64,000 bases of DNA from Escherichia coli (lineage in GTDB: Bacteria > Pseudomonadota > Gammaproteobacteria > Enterobacterales > Enterobacteriaceae). The stretch lies in the NCBI RefSeq assembly GCF_009931435.1, contig NZ_CP043414.1; one strand, written 5' to 3'. The position numbers and the translations under genes were made by a program. Positions within the stretch are counted from its first letter, which is position 1. Each line of letters begins with the position of its first letter. Under the pieces are notes generated by a model. That model was not told the DNA's origin and made no database searches. It worked only from the letters and a program-made list of their open reading frames with translations. Of this stretch, positions 35,806 to 46,059 are shown piece after piece.

Positions 35806-37023
35806 ATGCCCGAACCCGTAGCCGAACCCGCGCTAAACGGATTGCGCCTGAATTTGCGCATTGTCTCCATTGTCATGTTTAACTTCGCCAGCTACCTCAC
35901 CATCGGGTTGCCGCTCGCTGTATTACCGGGCTATGTCCATGATGTGATGGGCTTTAGCGCTTTCTGGGCAGGATTGGTTATCAGCCTGCAATATTTCGCC
36001 ACCTTGCTGAGCCGCCCTCATGCCGGACGTTACGCCGATTTGCTGGGACCCAAAAAGATTGTCGTCTTCGGTTTATGCGGCTGCTTTTTGAGCGGTTTGG
36101 GGTATCTGACGGCAGGGTTAACCGCCAGTCTGCCCGTCATCAGCCTGTTATTACTGTGCCTGGGGCGCGTGATCCTTGGGATTGGGCAAAGTTTTGCCGG
36201 AACGGGATCGACCCTATGGGGCGTTGGCGTGGTTGGTTCGCTGCATATCGGGCGGGTGATTTCGTGGAACGGCATTGTCACTTACGGGGCGATGGCAATG
36301 GGCGCGCCGTTAGGTGTGGTGTTTTATCACTGGGGCGGCTTGCAGGCGTTAGCGTTAATCATTATGGGTGTGGCGCTGGTGGCCATTTTGTTAGCGATCC
36401 CGCGTCCGACGGTAAAAGCCAGCAAAGGCAAACCGCTGCCGTTTCGCGCGGTGCTTGGGCGTGTCTGGTTATACGGCATGGCGCTGGCGTTGGCTTCTGC
36501 CGGATTTGGCGTTATCGCCACCTTTATCACATTGTTTTATGACGCTAAAGGCTGGGACGGTGCGGCTTTTGCGCTGACGCTGTTTAGCTGTGCGTTTGTC
36601 GGTACGCGTTTGTTATTTCCTAACGGCATTAACCGTATCGGCGGCTTAAATGTGGCGATGCTCTGCTTTAGCGTTGAGATTATTGGCCTGCTGTTGGTCG
36701 GCGTGGCGACCATGCCGTGGATGGCGAAAATTGGCGTCTTACTGGCAGGGGCGGGGTTTTCGCTGGTGTTCCCGGCGCTTGGTGTGGTGGCGGTCAAAGC
36801 AGTGCCGCAGCAGAATCAGGGGGCGGCGCTGGCAACTTACACCGTATTTATGGATTTATCGCTTGGCGTGACCGGACCACTGGCTGGGCTGGTGATGAGT
36901 TGGGCGGGCGTCCCGGTGATTTATCTGGCGGCGGCGGGACTGGTCGCAATCGCGTTATTACTGACGTGGCGATTAAAAAAACGGCCTCCGGTGGAAGTAC
37001 CTGAGGCCATCTCATCATCTTAA
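35806..37023 (+). CDS. yhhS: MFS-family transporter YhhS
   Basis: ORF track 35764..37023; ATG at 35806 gives MPEPVAEPALNGLRLNLRIVSIVMFNF..., 405 aa. Confidence 0.87.
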   Translation: MPEPVAEPALNGLRLNLRIVSIVMFNFASYLTIGLPLAVLPGYVHDVMGFSAFWAGLVISLQYFATLLSRPHAGRYADLLGPKKIVVFGLCGCFLSGLGYLTAGLTASLPVISLLLLCLGRVILGIGQSFAGTGSTLWGVGVVGSLHIGRVISWNGIVTYGAMAMGAPLGVVFYHWGGLQALALIIMGVALVAILLAIPRPTVKASKGKPLPFRAVLGRVWLYGMALALASAGFGVIATFITLFYDAKGWDGAAFALTLFSCAFVGTRLLFPNGINRIGGLNVAMLCFSVEIIGLLLVGVATMPWMAKIGVLLAGAGFSLVFPALGVVAVKAVPQQNQGAALATYTVFMDLSLGVTGPLAGLVMSWAGVPVIYLAAAGLVAIALLLTWRLKKRPPVEVPEAISSS

Positions 37024-37026
37024 AAC

Positions 37027-37584
37027 TTACTGAATAACCAGCGTATTAATGATGTTTTCTGCGGTGGTCTGTGCTTTTTGCTGATCGTCAGCTGGCAGCG
37101 TAATTTGCATGGTCAGCAGTTGATTACCCACGTTACCCAGAATAACGGAAGAGTACGCCGTCTGGCCTTTCGCGGAGATAATGCTGTCTAACTGCTGCAT
37201 TTTGTGACCTTTCAGCTCAATGGCTTTATTGGTTACCACTTGCAGCTGCGGATCGCGGCTACGTTGCTGATCTTCCAGGCGCTTCGCCAGCACCGCCAGA
37301 TCTTCTTTCGGATCATCGCCCATGATGACGATGACTGCTTTTTGCCCGGTGGCGTCGGACCAGACATGCATGTTATTAGCCTGCGTTCCCAGCTTACCGC
37401 TCTGGTCGGTCATATCCGCTGGCAGCGAGAAACTTAACTTGCCATCAAGCAGGTTGACGGGATTCCCGGTAGCGTTACTTTCCGCGACCGAACCCTGCGC
37501 CGTAGCGTTAGTGTTTTTATCATCACAGGCCGCAAGCCCCATAACCAGCAGGCCAATTCCGACATATTTAACCAGATTGCGCAT
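37027..37584 (-). CDS. dcrB: Periplasmic lipoprotein DcrB
   Basis: ORF track 37027..37638; ATG at 37584 gives [23 protein letters not shown] with a lipobox, 185 aa. Confidence 0.88.
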   Translation of the reverse strand: MRNLVKYVGIGLLVMGLAACDDKNTNATAQGSVAESNATGNPVNLLDGKLSFSLPADMTDQSGKLGTQANNMHVWSDATGQKAVIVIMGDDPKEDLAVLAKRLEDQQRSRDPQLQVVTNKAIELKGHKMQQLDSIISAKGQTAYSSVILGNVGNQLLTMQITLPADDQQKAQTTAENIINTLVIQ

Positions 37585-37656
37585 TGACTTCTTCCTTTCG
37601 ATAAACGGCCATAACGGCTCATTCATCCATCTTATCACAACTCTGATAACGAACCT

Positions 37657-38322
37657 TTAACTCGCCTGCAAAGCGTTGATTTCGGATTTATCTGCCAGTC
37701 TTTTCAACAGCATATTGAGTAATACGCCATACATTGGCAGGAAGAAAACGATACTGATTAACACTTTGAAACAGTAATCGACCAGCGCGATTTCCATCCA
37801 GTGTTCAGCCATAAAGGCATCTGGGCTGCGCCAGAAGGCAATGAAGAAGAAGGCCAGCGTGTCGCTGACGTTCCCAAACAGGGTGGAAGCCGTCGGTGCC
37901 AGCCACCAGCGACGACTCTGACGCAGGCGGTTAAAAACGTGCACGTCGAGGATTTGCCCCAGCGCGTAGGCCATGAAACTGGCGGTGGCGATACGGGCGA
38001 CAAACAGGTTGAAGTGGGCGAGCGCGCCGAACCCCTGCCATGAACCCATATAGAACAGCGACGAGATGACGTAGGAGATCAGCAATGCGGGGATCATCAC
38101 CGCAAAGATGATGCGACGAGCCAGCGGCGCGCCAAAAATACGCACAGTCAGGTCGGTAGCAAGGAAAATAAACGGAAAGCTAAACGCGCCCCAGGTGGTA
38201 TGGAAACCAAAAATGGATACGGGAAGCTGAACCAGATAGTTACTGGAGGTGATCACCAACAGATGAAATAACGATAACCAGAACAACGCCTTATAGCGTT
38301 GAGTTTGCGAGAAAACGTTCAT
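37657..38322 (-). CDS. yhhQ: Queuosine-precursor transporter (YhhQ/COG1738)
   Basis: 221-aa polytopic ORF MNVFSQTQRYKALFWLSLFHLLVITSSNYLVQLPV... Confidence 0.88.
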   Translation of the reverse strand: MNVFSQTQRYKALFWLSLFHLLVITSSNYLVQLPVSIFGFHTTWGAFSFPFIFLATDLTVRIFGAPLARRIIFAVMIPALLISYVISSLFYMGSWQGFGALAHFNLFVARIATASFMAYALGQILDVHVFNRLRQSRRWWLAPTASTLFGNVSDTLAFFFIAFWRSPDAFMAEHWMEIALVDYCFKVLISIVFFLPMYGVLLNMLLKRLADKSEINALQAS

Positions 38323-38542
38323 ATTGTACCTTTTTGATTAACCATTGGGGTGAGGGAACCCAATACGTACGACACGTCTGTTACCTTAACATAATAACGT
38401 GCTGACCCTTTTTTCGAGCCGCCGCATGATACTGCTTTACGTTGACAATGCAATGGTTAATTTTCACGCAATCGTTAACCTGGTTTGCTTACGGACTCAC
38501 AGGGCGTAAACTAGCGCCGTTTTTTTATGTGATGAGAAGAAA

Positions 38543-38788
38543 ATGACCGATCTCTTTTCCAGCCCTGACCACACACTCGACGCACTTGGCCTGCGCTGCC
38601 CGGAACCAGTAATGATGGTGCGCAAAACTGTGCGCAATATGCAGCCAGGTGAAACGTTGCTGATTATTGCTGACGATCCGGCGACGACACGCGATATTCC
38701 TGGGTTTTGTACCTTTATGGAACACGAACTGGTTGCGAAAGAGACCGATGGACTGCCTTATCGTTATTTGATTCGCAAATCGGGGTAA
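38543..38788 (+). CDS. tusA: Sulfur-carrier protein TusA
   Basis: 81-aa [36 protein letters not shown]... with the CPxP motif. Confidence 0.95.
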
Positions 38789-38842
38789 GGTGGATCAGGC
38801 TAGCGGACCGATCGCGCTCAATTTTGCGGCTTGAAACCGGTT

Positions 38843-39080
38843 TGTAGGACGGATAAGGCGTTCAAGCTGCATCTGGCGATACGGTGCACAATGCCTGATG
38901 CGACGCTGTCGCGTCTTATCATGCCTACGAGTTCTATGCTCTGTGTAGGACGGATAAGGCGTTCACGCCGCATCCGGCGGTTGTGTGTGGATGCCTGATG
39001 CGACGCTGTCGCGTCTTATCATGCCTACGAGTTCAATGCCCTGTGTAGGCCAGATAAGGCGTTTACGCCGCATCCGGCAC
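38843..39080. repeat. BIME cluster (at least four REP units) containing a tandemly duplicated unit of about 100 bp
   Basis: Unit atgcctgatgcgacgctgtcgcgtcttatcatgcctacgagttc.atgc.ctgtgtagg.c.gataaggcgtt.acgccgcatccggc occurs twice (about 38891-38978 and 38991-39079). Confidence 0.8.
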
Positions 39081-39102
39081 GCAAACGTAATGGAATGCAC
39101 AA

Positions 39103-39411
39103 ATGGATTATTTAATTCCAGTTTGTCTGGCATTGCTGGGATTGCTCGCGATCTTCACCCCCAATTGGCTGATCCCTGTTTTTATCGTCGTGGGGGGATG
39201 GCTGGGGGTACTTGCCTGGGGTTGGCTCTGGCTAATGATTTTTTTACCTTTACTTAACGGTGTCGGGCTTGCTTATGCCCTGTGGTTGATGTTCAAAAGG
39301 CCATCCATAGCATCCCGCCTGGTTGCTGCATGCTGTGTTATCTCCGTCATTCTGATGTTAGCGCTTTATTATGCTTTCCTGACTATGCCGCCGTTCCCGC
39401 CTCAGCACTAA
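39103..39411 (+). CDS. Candidate small hydrophobic membrane protein (102 aa, Trp-rich, about three TM segments); not recognised
   Basis: ORF MDYLIPVCLALLGLLAIFTPNWLIPVFIVVGGWLGVLAWGWLWLMIFLPLL... between the BIME cluster and the zntA 3' end; weak RBS. Confidence 0.4.
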   Translation: MDYLIPVCLALLGLLAIFTPNWLIPVFIVVGGWLGVLAWGWLWLMIFLPLLNGVGLAYALWLMFKRPSIASRLVAACCVISVILMLALYYAFLTMPPFPPQH

Positions 39412-39443
39412 GCCTGATAGCCAGAGGCTATCAGGCAACACTT

Positions 39444-41642
39444 TTACTTCCTGCGCAACAATCTTAACGCATTCGCTGTTACCAGCACCGTCGCACCCGT
39501 ATCTGCCAGCACCGCCAGCCATAGTCCGGTCATCCCTAACAGCGTTGTGACGAGGAAGATCCCTTTCAGCCCCAGCGCAATGGTGATGTTCTGGCGGATG
39601 TTGGCGTGAGTGGCGCGTGCCAGTTCAATCATCTGCGCCAGGCCGCGCAGGTGGTTATGGGTTAATGCTGCGTCGGCGGTTTCCAGCGCCACATCTGTGC
39701 CACTGCCCATTGCAATTCCTATGGCGGCAGCTTTCATGGCGGGCGCGTCGTTAATACCGTCACCGACCATCGCCAGAGGCGCATGTTGATTCAGCTCGGT
39801 CACCGCTTTGACTTTATCTTCTGGTAATAGGCCCGCTTTAAATTCCAGCCCCAGTTCACCGGCGATTGCCGCCGCTGCGCGTGGATTATCGCCAGTGAGG
39901 ATCACCCCTTTGACACCCAGGGCGCTCAGTTCGCTGATGGCAGTTGCGGCGTCGGCGCGCAGGGTATCCTGCAATGCAATTACGCCAAGCACGTCATCGT
40001 TACGCACCACCAGTACTACCGTTTGCCCGGCGCTTTCCAGTTCGTTAATTAAACCAGCAAATGCAACAGCCGGATGTTTTCCGGCAGCGCATATCAACAC
40101 GCGCTCGCCGTTAATCAGTGCTTCAATACCAGACCCGACCAGCGCCCGCTGTGATTCGGCGGCGGGAATGGCGAGTTCAGCAACCTGTGCTTCGCGTACG
40201 ATGGCTTGCGCCAATGGATGCGTCGCGCCTTGCTCGACCGCCGCTGCCAGTGTCAGCAGTTCAGATTCACTAATACCCGTTGCCGGATGAATCGCGGTAA
40301 CGCGCGGTTTACCGACGGTCAGCGTACCGGTTTTATCAAACGCCACCTGGGTAACACGACCTAGTTGTTCCAGCGCCGCACCGCCTTTAATCAACGCCCC
40401 ACGACGCGCTGCGGCTGCCAGCCCGGAGGTGATCGCCGCAGGTGTTGAGATCACCAGCGCACACGGGCAGCCAATCAGCAGCAGCGTCAGCCCTTTATAA
40501 ATCCACTCCTGCCAGCTTGCGGCAAACAGCAGCGGCGGCACCAGCGTCACCAGCAGGGCGACGGCCATAATCGCTGGCGTGTAAATACGGCTGAAACGGT
40601 CGATAAACCGCTCAATCGGTGCGCGGCGCTCTTCAGCTTCTTCGATCAGTTTCAGAATCCGGTCAATGGCGCTGGCACCCGGTTCTGACAGCACTTCCAG
40701 CGTTACCAGACGGTCTACGCTGGTGGCGCCTGCAGGAACTTTATCACCCGTCGCGCGTTCCACCGGAATGGATTCGCCGGTCAGGGCGCTTTCATCAAAA
40801 CTGGCAAAGGGCGAGAGCAGTTTACCGTCGGCAGGTAAACGCCCACCTGCCGCAACTTCGATAACATCGCCCGGACGCAGGCTGTTAATTGCTACCTCTT
40901 CACGCTTGCCATTACGCAGGCGCGTGGCGGTTTCCGGTTTCAGCGCCATTAACGCGCTGACCCCTTGACGCGCGCGGCTGGCGGCCCAGCCTTCCAGTCG
41001 TTCACCAATCAAAAACAGCAGCAACACCATCGCAGCTTCAGCCGTTGCGCCAATAAACAGCGCACCAATAGCGGCTACGCTCATTAAGGTTTCAATAGCG
41101 AAGTAGCTGCCGGATTTGATCAGCCGTAATGCCTGACGAGCAATCGGGTACAGCCCAACCAGCGTGGTCGCGATAAACGCCAGTTGACCGAACGGATGAT
41201 TAAACTGCTCCAGACCCCAGCTGATTGCCATCAACACGATTAGCGTAATCAGCGGCAGATTCTCTTTCAGGCGTGATTCTTGTTGTTCGTCGGCGGACTG
41301 TTCATCGCGCAGGGAATAGCCCGCTTTTTGCACCGCAGATTCAACTTGTGCACGGATGTCATTGTCGGCATCAACCACCAGTTTTTCGGTGGCGAACAGC
41401 ACCTGCACCTGATTCACGCCTGCAAGCTGGCGCACGGCATTTTCTACCTTGCGCGCGCAGGCGGCGCAGTCCATGCCGCTGACTTTCCAGCTATAGCGGG
41501 TGCCGGAGACGTTTTCAGAGAGCGTTGGCGTGCTGGAACATGCGCCGTCGCAGCAACAGTCGTTGACGTTCTGTACCGTGGTTAGCGGTTTGAACGCAGA
41601 AAATTGAGGGGCTTTCTTGCCGTGATTGTCAGGAGTCGACAT
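39444..41642 (-). CDS. zntA: Zn/Cd/Pb-exporting P1B-type ATPase ZntA
   Basis: 732-aa ORF; N-terminal metal-binding GMDCAACARKVE, CPC transmembrane motif, DKTGTLT phosphorylation site. Confidence 0.96.
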   Translation of the reverse strand: MSTPDNHGKKAPQFSAFKPLTTVQNVNDCCCDGACSSTPTLSENVSGTRYSWKVSGMDCAACARKVENAVRQLAGVNQVQVLFATEKLVVDADNDIRAQVESAVQKAGYSLRDEQSADEQQESRLKENLPLITLIVLMAISWGLEQFNHPFGQLAFIATTLVGLYPIARQALRLIKSGSYFAIETLMSVAAIGALFIGATAEAAMVLLLFLIGERLEGWAASRARQGVSALMALKPETATRLRNGKREEVAINSLRPGDVIEVAAGGRLPADGKLLSPFASFDESALTGESIPVERATGDKVPAGATSVDRLVTLEVLSEPGASAIDRILKLIEEAEERRAPIERFIDRFSRIYTPAIMAVALLVTLVPPLLFAASWQEWIYKGLTLLLIGCPCALVISTPAAITSGLAAAARRGALIKGGAALEQLGRVTQVAFDKTGTLTVGKPRVTAIHPATGISESELLTLAAAVEQGATHPLAQAIVREAQVAELAIPAAESQRALVGSGIEALINGERVLICAAGKHPAVAFAGLINELESAGQTVVLVVRNDDVLGVIALQDTLRADAATAISELSALGVKGVILTGDNPRAAAAIAGELGLEFKAGLLPEDKVKAVTELNQHAPLAMVGDGINDAPAMKAAAIGIAMGSGTDVALETADAALTHNHLRGLAQMIELARATHANIRQNITIALGLKGIFLVTTLLGMTGLWLAVLADTGATVLVTANALRLLRRK

Positions 41643-41684
41643 GGCATCCTCCGGTTAAGTTTTTTCTCATTAACCGAAGGATAC

Positions 41685-41706
41685 ACTCTGGAGTCGACTC
41701 CAGAGT
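41685..41706 (-). promoter_or_regulatory. ZntR (MerR-family) operator dyad within the zntA promoter
   Basis: Perfect palindrome actctggagtcgactccagagt between a cttgac -35-like hexamer and the zntA start, matching the known PzntA architecture from memory. Confidence 0.85.
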
Positions 41707-41715
41707 CAAGTTTTA

Positions 41716-42342
41716 TCAGAGATACAGCGAGCGGACGATGAGGAAATGTCCGGCAAAATAACAAGCGGCGGCAATCGCGTTATCCGCACGGAAGCGTCGG
41801 CGATAGTGGCTACCCAGCCAGACAAAGTTACTGATAAACAGCAACGAAGCGCCGACAAATGCAGAAAGTGCCGGAGCGGTTGGACGGAAGAACCACAGTT
41901 CACCTGCCAGCCATACCATCACCAGCGTCATGCCGATAAACGTGCAGATAGGCCAACGATACTCTTCCAGACGCGTCCAGATAATCGCCAGTAACAGCGC
42001 GCCCAGAACCAGCAATACCAGTGGCAGAGGCCAGAAGAAAGAGAGCGTCATCTGACTGGCGAAATAGATGGTGTAAAGCAGGTGCGAGAGGAAAAACGCG
42101 CCGATGGCGTACATCAGACGTTGACGTGGCAACAGGGTTAGCGCATCGCCCAGCAGTGAGGCGCACAGCCCCGCCAGCACCAGATAGCTAATGGCGTCGA
42201 ACATCGGCGCTTGCCATGCCAGTAACAGCAGGAGAAGAAGGGTTAACGGTTTAAACACCCAGCGTTGCCAGGTTGGCCCACGATACGATGCATCCACAGA
42301 TAGCCATGCGGAAAGACAGACTGCGATAAACGACCAAAGCAT
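41716..42342 (-). CDS. yhhN: YhhN-family inner-membrane protein
   Basis: 208-aa polytopic [41 protein letters not shown]... Confidence 0.85.
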
Positions 42343-42482
42343 CTTAGTTCCTTGAATTCGTTATTTTTTCGTAAGCGGAATGCCTACGGTCTTGCTTCCA
42401 GTTTAGTGGCGAGGGTGGACGGATGACAACACCATAACTGGCAGGGTATGCTTATTTCCGCATTTTCCGATGAGGGATAAAG

Positions 42483-42842
42483 ATGAGCAAACCACCTCTT
42501 TTCTTTATTGTTATCATTGGCTTAATTATCGTCGCCGCATCGTTTCGTTTTATGCAACAGCGACGGGAAAAAGCTGATAATGATATAGCGCCACTCCAGC
42601 AAAAGTTGGTGGTGGTGAGCAATAAGCGGGAAAAACCGATTAACGATCGCCGTTCGCGCCAGCAGGAAGTAACTCCGGCAGGCACCAGCATGCGCTATGA
42701 GGCGAGCTTCAAACCGCAAAGCGGAGGAATGGAACAGACGTTTCGCCTCGACGCCCAGCAGTACCATGCCCTGACAGTGGGCGATAAAGGTACGCTGAGC
42801 TATAAAGGAACGCGCTTTGTCAGCTTTGTCAGCAAACAATAA
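42483..42842 (+). CDS. yhhM: DUF2500-family protein YhhM
   Basis: 119-aa ORF with N-terminal TM segment MSKPPLFFIVIIGLIIVAASFRFMQQRREKADND... Confidence 0.82.
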   Translation: MSKPPLFFIVIIGLIIVAASFRFMQQRREKADNDIAPLQQKLVVVSNKREKPINDRRSRQQEVTPAGTSMRYEASFKPQSGGMEQTFRLDAQQYHALTVGDKGTLSYKGTRFVSFVSKQ

Positions 42843-42844
42843 GG

Positions 42845-43114
42845 TTATTTTTTAACGTTAAATTTCTTCTGCCAGACCAGCAGTTCAAACACGCCGAAAA
42901 GGAAAATGCGCACCTTTTCGGCGGTGGTCATCTGCGGGCCATCTTTCGGTAAAGTGGATTTCAACAGCGCCAGCTGCATACCATGCATCAGCACGGTAAA
43001 AATCAGCGCCACGTTAACGAAAATATTCAGCGGACGCGGGAAGGGATGCACCAGGTTGAGGATTAAAAATCCCCAAACACAGAGCATTAACACACGACCA
43101 ATATTAATCAGCAT
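42845..43114 (-). CDS. yhhL: DUF1145-family small membrane protein YhhL
   Basis: ORF track 42845..43237; ATG at 43114 gives MLINIGRVLMLCVWGFLILNLVHPF..., 89 aa; sits 5 nt after the rsmD stop. Confidence 0.75.
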   Translation of the reverse strand: MLINIGRVLMLCVWGFLILNLVHPFPRPLNIFVNVALIFTVLMHGMQLALLKSTLPKDGPQMTTAEKVRIFLFGVFELLVWQKKFNVKK

Positions 43115-43700
43115 CACTTTCTCCTTGTGCTTCGCGTTGATACAGGCGGTAAGCCACCTGACCTGCCACTTTTTCCCGATGTAATGACCAGTTCGCCGGA
43201 ACGGTGGGGAGCCCGTTTTCGACTTCGCTTTCGACATAAATCAGGGCTTCGTCAGCCAGCCAGCCGTTATCTTCCAGTAAATTTATCGTCTCTTCTAACA
43301 AGCCACGGCGGAACGGTGGATCGACAAAAACGATATTATGCGGTGTGCCTTTTTGCGCCAGGAATGACATCGCGTTGCTGTTCACCACGCGTGCATTACC
43401 TGCTTTTAGTGTCGCCAGATTCTTAATTAACTGTTGAGAAACCGCGCGATCCATCTCAATCAACGTGGCCCCCGCAGCGTAGCGCGATAACGCTTCCAGC
43501 CCCAGCGCGCCGCTCCCGGCGAAGCAATCCAGACATTGGGCGTCAACAATGACCGGAGCCAGCCAGTTAAACAACGTTTCGCGTACGCGGTCGGTGGTGG
43601 GGCGCAGACCTGGGCTATCAGGAACCGGGAGTTTACGGCCTCGCCACTGCCCGCCAATAATGCGGATTTGGCCGCTGCCGGAATGATTCGGTTTTTTCAT
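43104..43700 (-). CDS. rsmD: 16S rRNA m2G966 methyltransferase RsmD
   Basis: 198-aa ORF MKKPNHSGSGQIRIIGGQWRGRKLPVPDSPGLRPTTDRVRETLFNWL... with SAM-MTase motif DCFAGSGALGLEALSR. Confidence 0.93.
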   Translation of the reverse strand: MKKPNHSGSGQIRIIGGQWRGRKLPVPDSPGLRPTTDRVRETLFNWLAPVIVDAQCLDCFAGSGALGLEALSRYAAGATLIEMDRAVSQQLIKNLATLKAGNARVVNSNAMSFLAQKGTPHNIVFVDPPFRRGLLEETINLLEDNGWLADEALIYVESEVENGLPTVPANWSLHREKVAGQVAYRLYQREAQGESDAD

Positions 43701-43849
43701 GATAAATTGCTCAATCCGCCAGATAACACATACTTGCAGGCGGTGATGTGAATTAAGTTAAGTGATAGACTATTTCATCATTTTTTTAGCTGCTATGTAC
43801 ATAGCGTTAACGCTGTGCCATGAAGCAACAGCGAGGAGTGTAGTCGCAA

Positions 43850-45388
43850 ATGGCGAAAGAAAAAAAACGTGGCTTTTTTTCCTGGCTGGGCTTTGGTCAA
43901 AAAGAGCAGACCCCGGAAAAAGAGACAGAAGTCCAGAACGAACAACCGGTTGTAGAAGAAATCGTTCCGGCGCAAGAGCCTGCGAAGGCTTCTGAACAAG
44001 CCGTTGAAGAGCAGCCGCAGGCGCATACTGAAGCCGAGGCGGAAACTTTTGCTGCCGACGTTGTGGAAGTTACTGAACAGGTTGCTGAAAGTGAAAAAGC
44101 GCAGCCTGAAGCTGTTGCTGAACCGGAAGTTATTACTGAGCCGGAAACGATAGTTGAAGAAACGCCAGCGTCAGTCATTGAACCTGAAGTTACGCCAGAG
44201 CCTGTGGCTATCGAGCGTGAAGAGCTGCCGTTGCCGGAAGACGTCAAAGCCGAAGAGGTTTCGCCAGAAGAGTGGCAGGCCGAAGCGGAAACCGTAGAGA
44301 TTGTCGAAGCGGCGGAAGAAGAAGCGGCTAAAGACGAAATCACCGACGAAGAGCTGGAAGCACAGGCGCTGGCTGCCGAAGCGGCAGAAGAGGCGGTGAT
44401 GGTGGTTCCTCCGGCAGAAGAAGAGCAGCCGGTGGAAGAAATCGCTCAGGAGCAGGAAAAACCGACCAAAGAAGGTTTCTTCGCGCGCCTGAAACGCAGC
44501 CTGTTAAAAACCAAAGAAAACCTCGGTTCCGGATTTATCAGCCTGTTCCGCGGTAAAAAAATCGACGATGATCTGTTTGAAGAATTGGAAGAGCAATTGC
44601 TCATCGCCGATGTGGGCGTGGAAACCACGCGTAAAATTATCACCAATCTAACAGAAGGTGCGACCCGCAAGCAGCTTCGTGATGCCGAGGCGCTCTATGG
44701 CCTATTGAAAGAAGAGATGGGTGAGATTCTGGCGAAAGTCGATGAACCGCTGAACGTTGAAGGTAAAACGCCGTTCGTGATCCTGATGGTGGGCGTCAAC
44801 GGTGTGGGTAAAACCACGACGATCGGTAAGCTGGCGCGTCAGTTTGAGCAGCAGGGTAAATCAGTGATGCTGGCGGCGGGCGATACTTTCCGTGCAGCAG
44901 CGGTTGAACAGCTTCAGGTCTGGGGTCAGCGTAATAATATTCCGGTGATTGCCCAGCATACCGGTGCGGATTCCGCTTCTGTTATCTTCGACGCCATTCA
45001 GGCCGCTAAAGCGCGTAACATCGACGTTCTGATTGCCGATACCGCCGGACGCCTGCAGAACAAATCGCACTTGATGGAAGAGTTGAAGAAAATCGTCCGC
45101 GTGATGAAGAAACTCGACGTTGAAGCTCCGCATGAAGTTATGCTGACTATCGACGCCAGTACCGGGCAGAATGCAGTAAGCCAGGCCAAACTGTTCCACG
45201 AAGCCGTTGGCTTAACCGGCATCACGCTAACGAAACTGGACGGCACGGCGAAAGGCGGGGTAATTTTCTCGGTGGCTGACCAGTTTGGTATCCCTATCCG
45301 CTACATTGGTGTCGGCGAACGTATTGAGGATTTGCGTCCGTTTAAGGCGGACGACTTTATAGAGGCACTTTTTGCCCGAGAGGATTAA
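43850..45388 (+). CDS. ftsY: Signal-recognition-particle receptor FtsY (acidic A domain plus NG GTPase domain)
   Basis: 512-aa ORF MAKEKKRGFFSWLGFGQKEQTPEKE...; GTPase motifs GVNGVGKTTT and DTAGR; the E/P/V-rich A domain looks longer than the roughly 497 aa I recall for K-12. Confidence 0.95.
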   Translation: MAKEKKRGFFSWLGFGQKEQTPEKETEVQNEQPVVEEIVPAQEPAKASEQAVEEQPQAHTEAEAETFAADVVEVTEQVAESEKAQPEAVAEPEVITEPETIVEETPASVIEPEVTPEPVAIEREELPLPEDVKAEEVSPEEWQAEAETVEIVEAAEEEAAKDEITDEELEAQALAAEAAEEAVMVVPPAEEEQPVEEIAQEQEKPTKEGFFARLKRSLLKTKENLGSGFISLFRGKKIDDDLFEELEEQLLIADVGVETTRKIITNLTEGATRKQLRDAEALYGLLKEEMGEILAKVDEPLNVEGKTPFVILMVGVNGVGKTTTIGKLARQFEQQGKSVMLAAGDTFRAAAVEQLQVWGQRNNIPVIAQHTGADSASVIFDAIQAAKARNIDVLIADTAGRLQNKSHLMEELKKIVRVMKKLDVEAPHEVMLTIDASTGQNAVSQAKLFHEAVGLTGITLTKLDGTAKGGVIFSVADQFGIPIRYIGVGERIEDLRPFKADDFIEALFARED

Positions 45389-45390
45389 CA

Positions 45391-46059
45391 ATGATTCGCT
45401 TTGAACATGTCAGCAAGGCTTATCTCGGTGGGAGACAGGCGCTGCAGGGCGTTACGTTCCATATGCAGCCGGGTGAGATGGCGTTTCTGACCGGTCATTC
45501 CGGCGCAGGGAAAAGTACCCTCCTGAAGCTGATCTGTGGGATTGAGCGGCCCAGCGCCGGGAAAATCTGGTTTAGCGGCCATGACATCACGCGTCTGAAA
45601 AACCGTGAAGTTCCGTTTCTGCGCCGCCAGATTGGCATGATTTTCCAGGATCACCATCTACTGATGGACCGTACTGTCTACGATAACGTGGCGATCCCGC
45701 TGATTATCGCCGGTGCCAGCGGTGACGATATTCGTCGTCGTGTATCGGCGGCGCTGGATAAAGTCGGGCTACTGGACAAAGCGAAGAACTTCCCTATTCA
45801 GCTTTCCGGCGGTGAACAACAGCGTGTTGGCATTGCCCGCGCGGTGGTGAACAAGCCCGCGGTACTGCTGGCGGATGAACCGACCGGTAACCTTGACGAC
45901 GCGTTGTCAGAAGGAATTCTACGTCTGTTTGAAGAATTTAACCGCGTTGGGGTAACCGTATTGATGGCAACGCACGACATCAACCTGATTTCGCGGCGTT
46001 CCTATCGCATGCTCACCCTGAGCGATGGTCACTTGCATGGAGGCGTGGGCCATGAATAA
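45391..46059 (+). CDS. ftsE: Cell-division ABC ATPase FtsE
   Basis: 222-aa ORF with Walker [10 protein letters not shown] and signature LSGGEQQR. Confidence 0.96.
   Translation: MIRFEHVSKAYLGGRQALQGVTFHMQPGEMAFLTGHSGAGKSTLLKLICGIERPSAGKIWFSGHDITRLKNREVPFLRRQIGMIFQDHHLLMDRTVYDNVAIPLIIAGASGDDIRRRVSAALDKVGLLDKAKNFPIQLSGGEQQRVGIARAVVNKPAVLLADEPTGNLDDALSEGILRLFEEFNRVGVTVLMATHDINLISRRSYRMLTLSDGHLHGGVGHE

Noticed and set aside
39808-41585. Plus-strand ORFs antisense to zntA
   Set aside because: Embedded in the ZntA coding sequence, with Ala/Ser/Arg-rich translations typical of GC-rich antisense frames.
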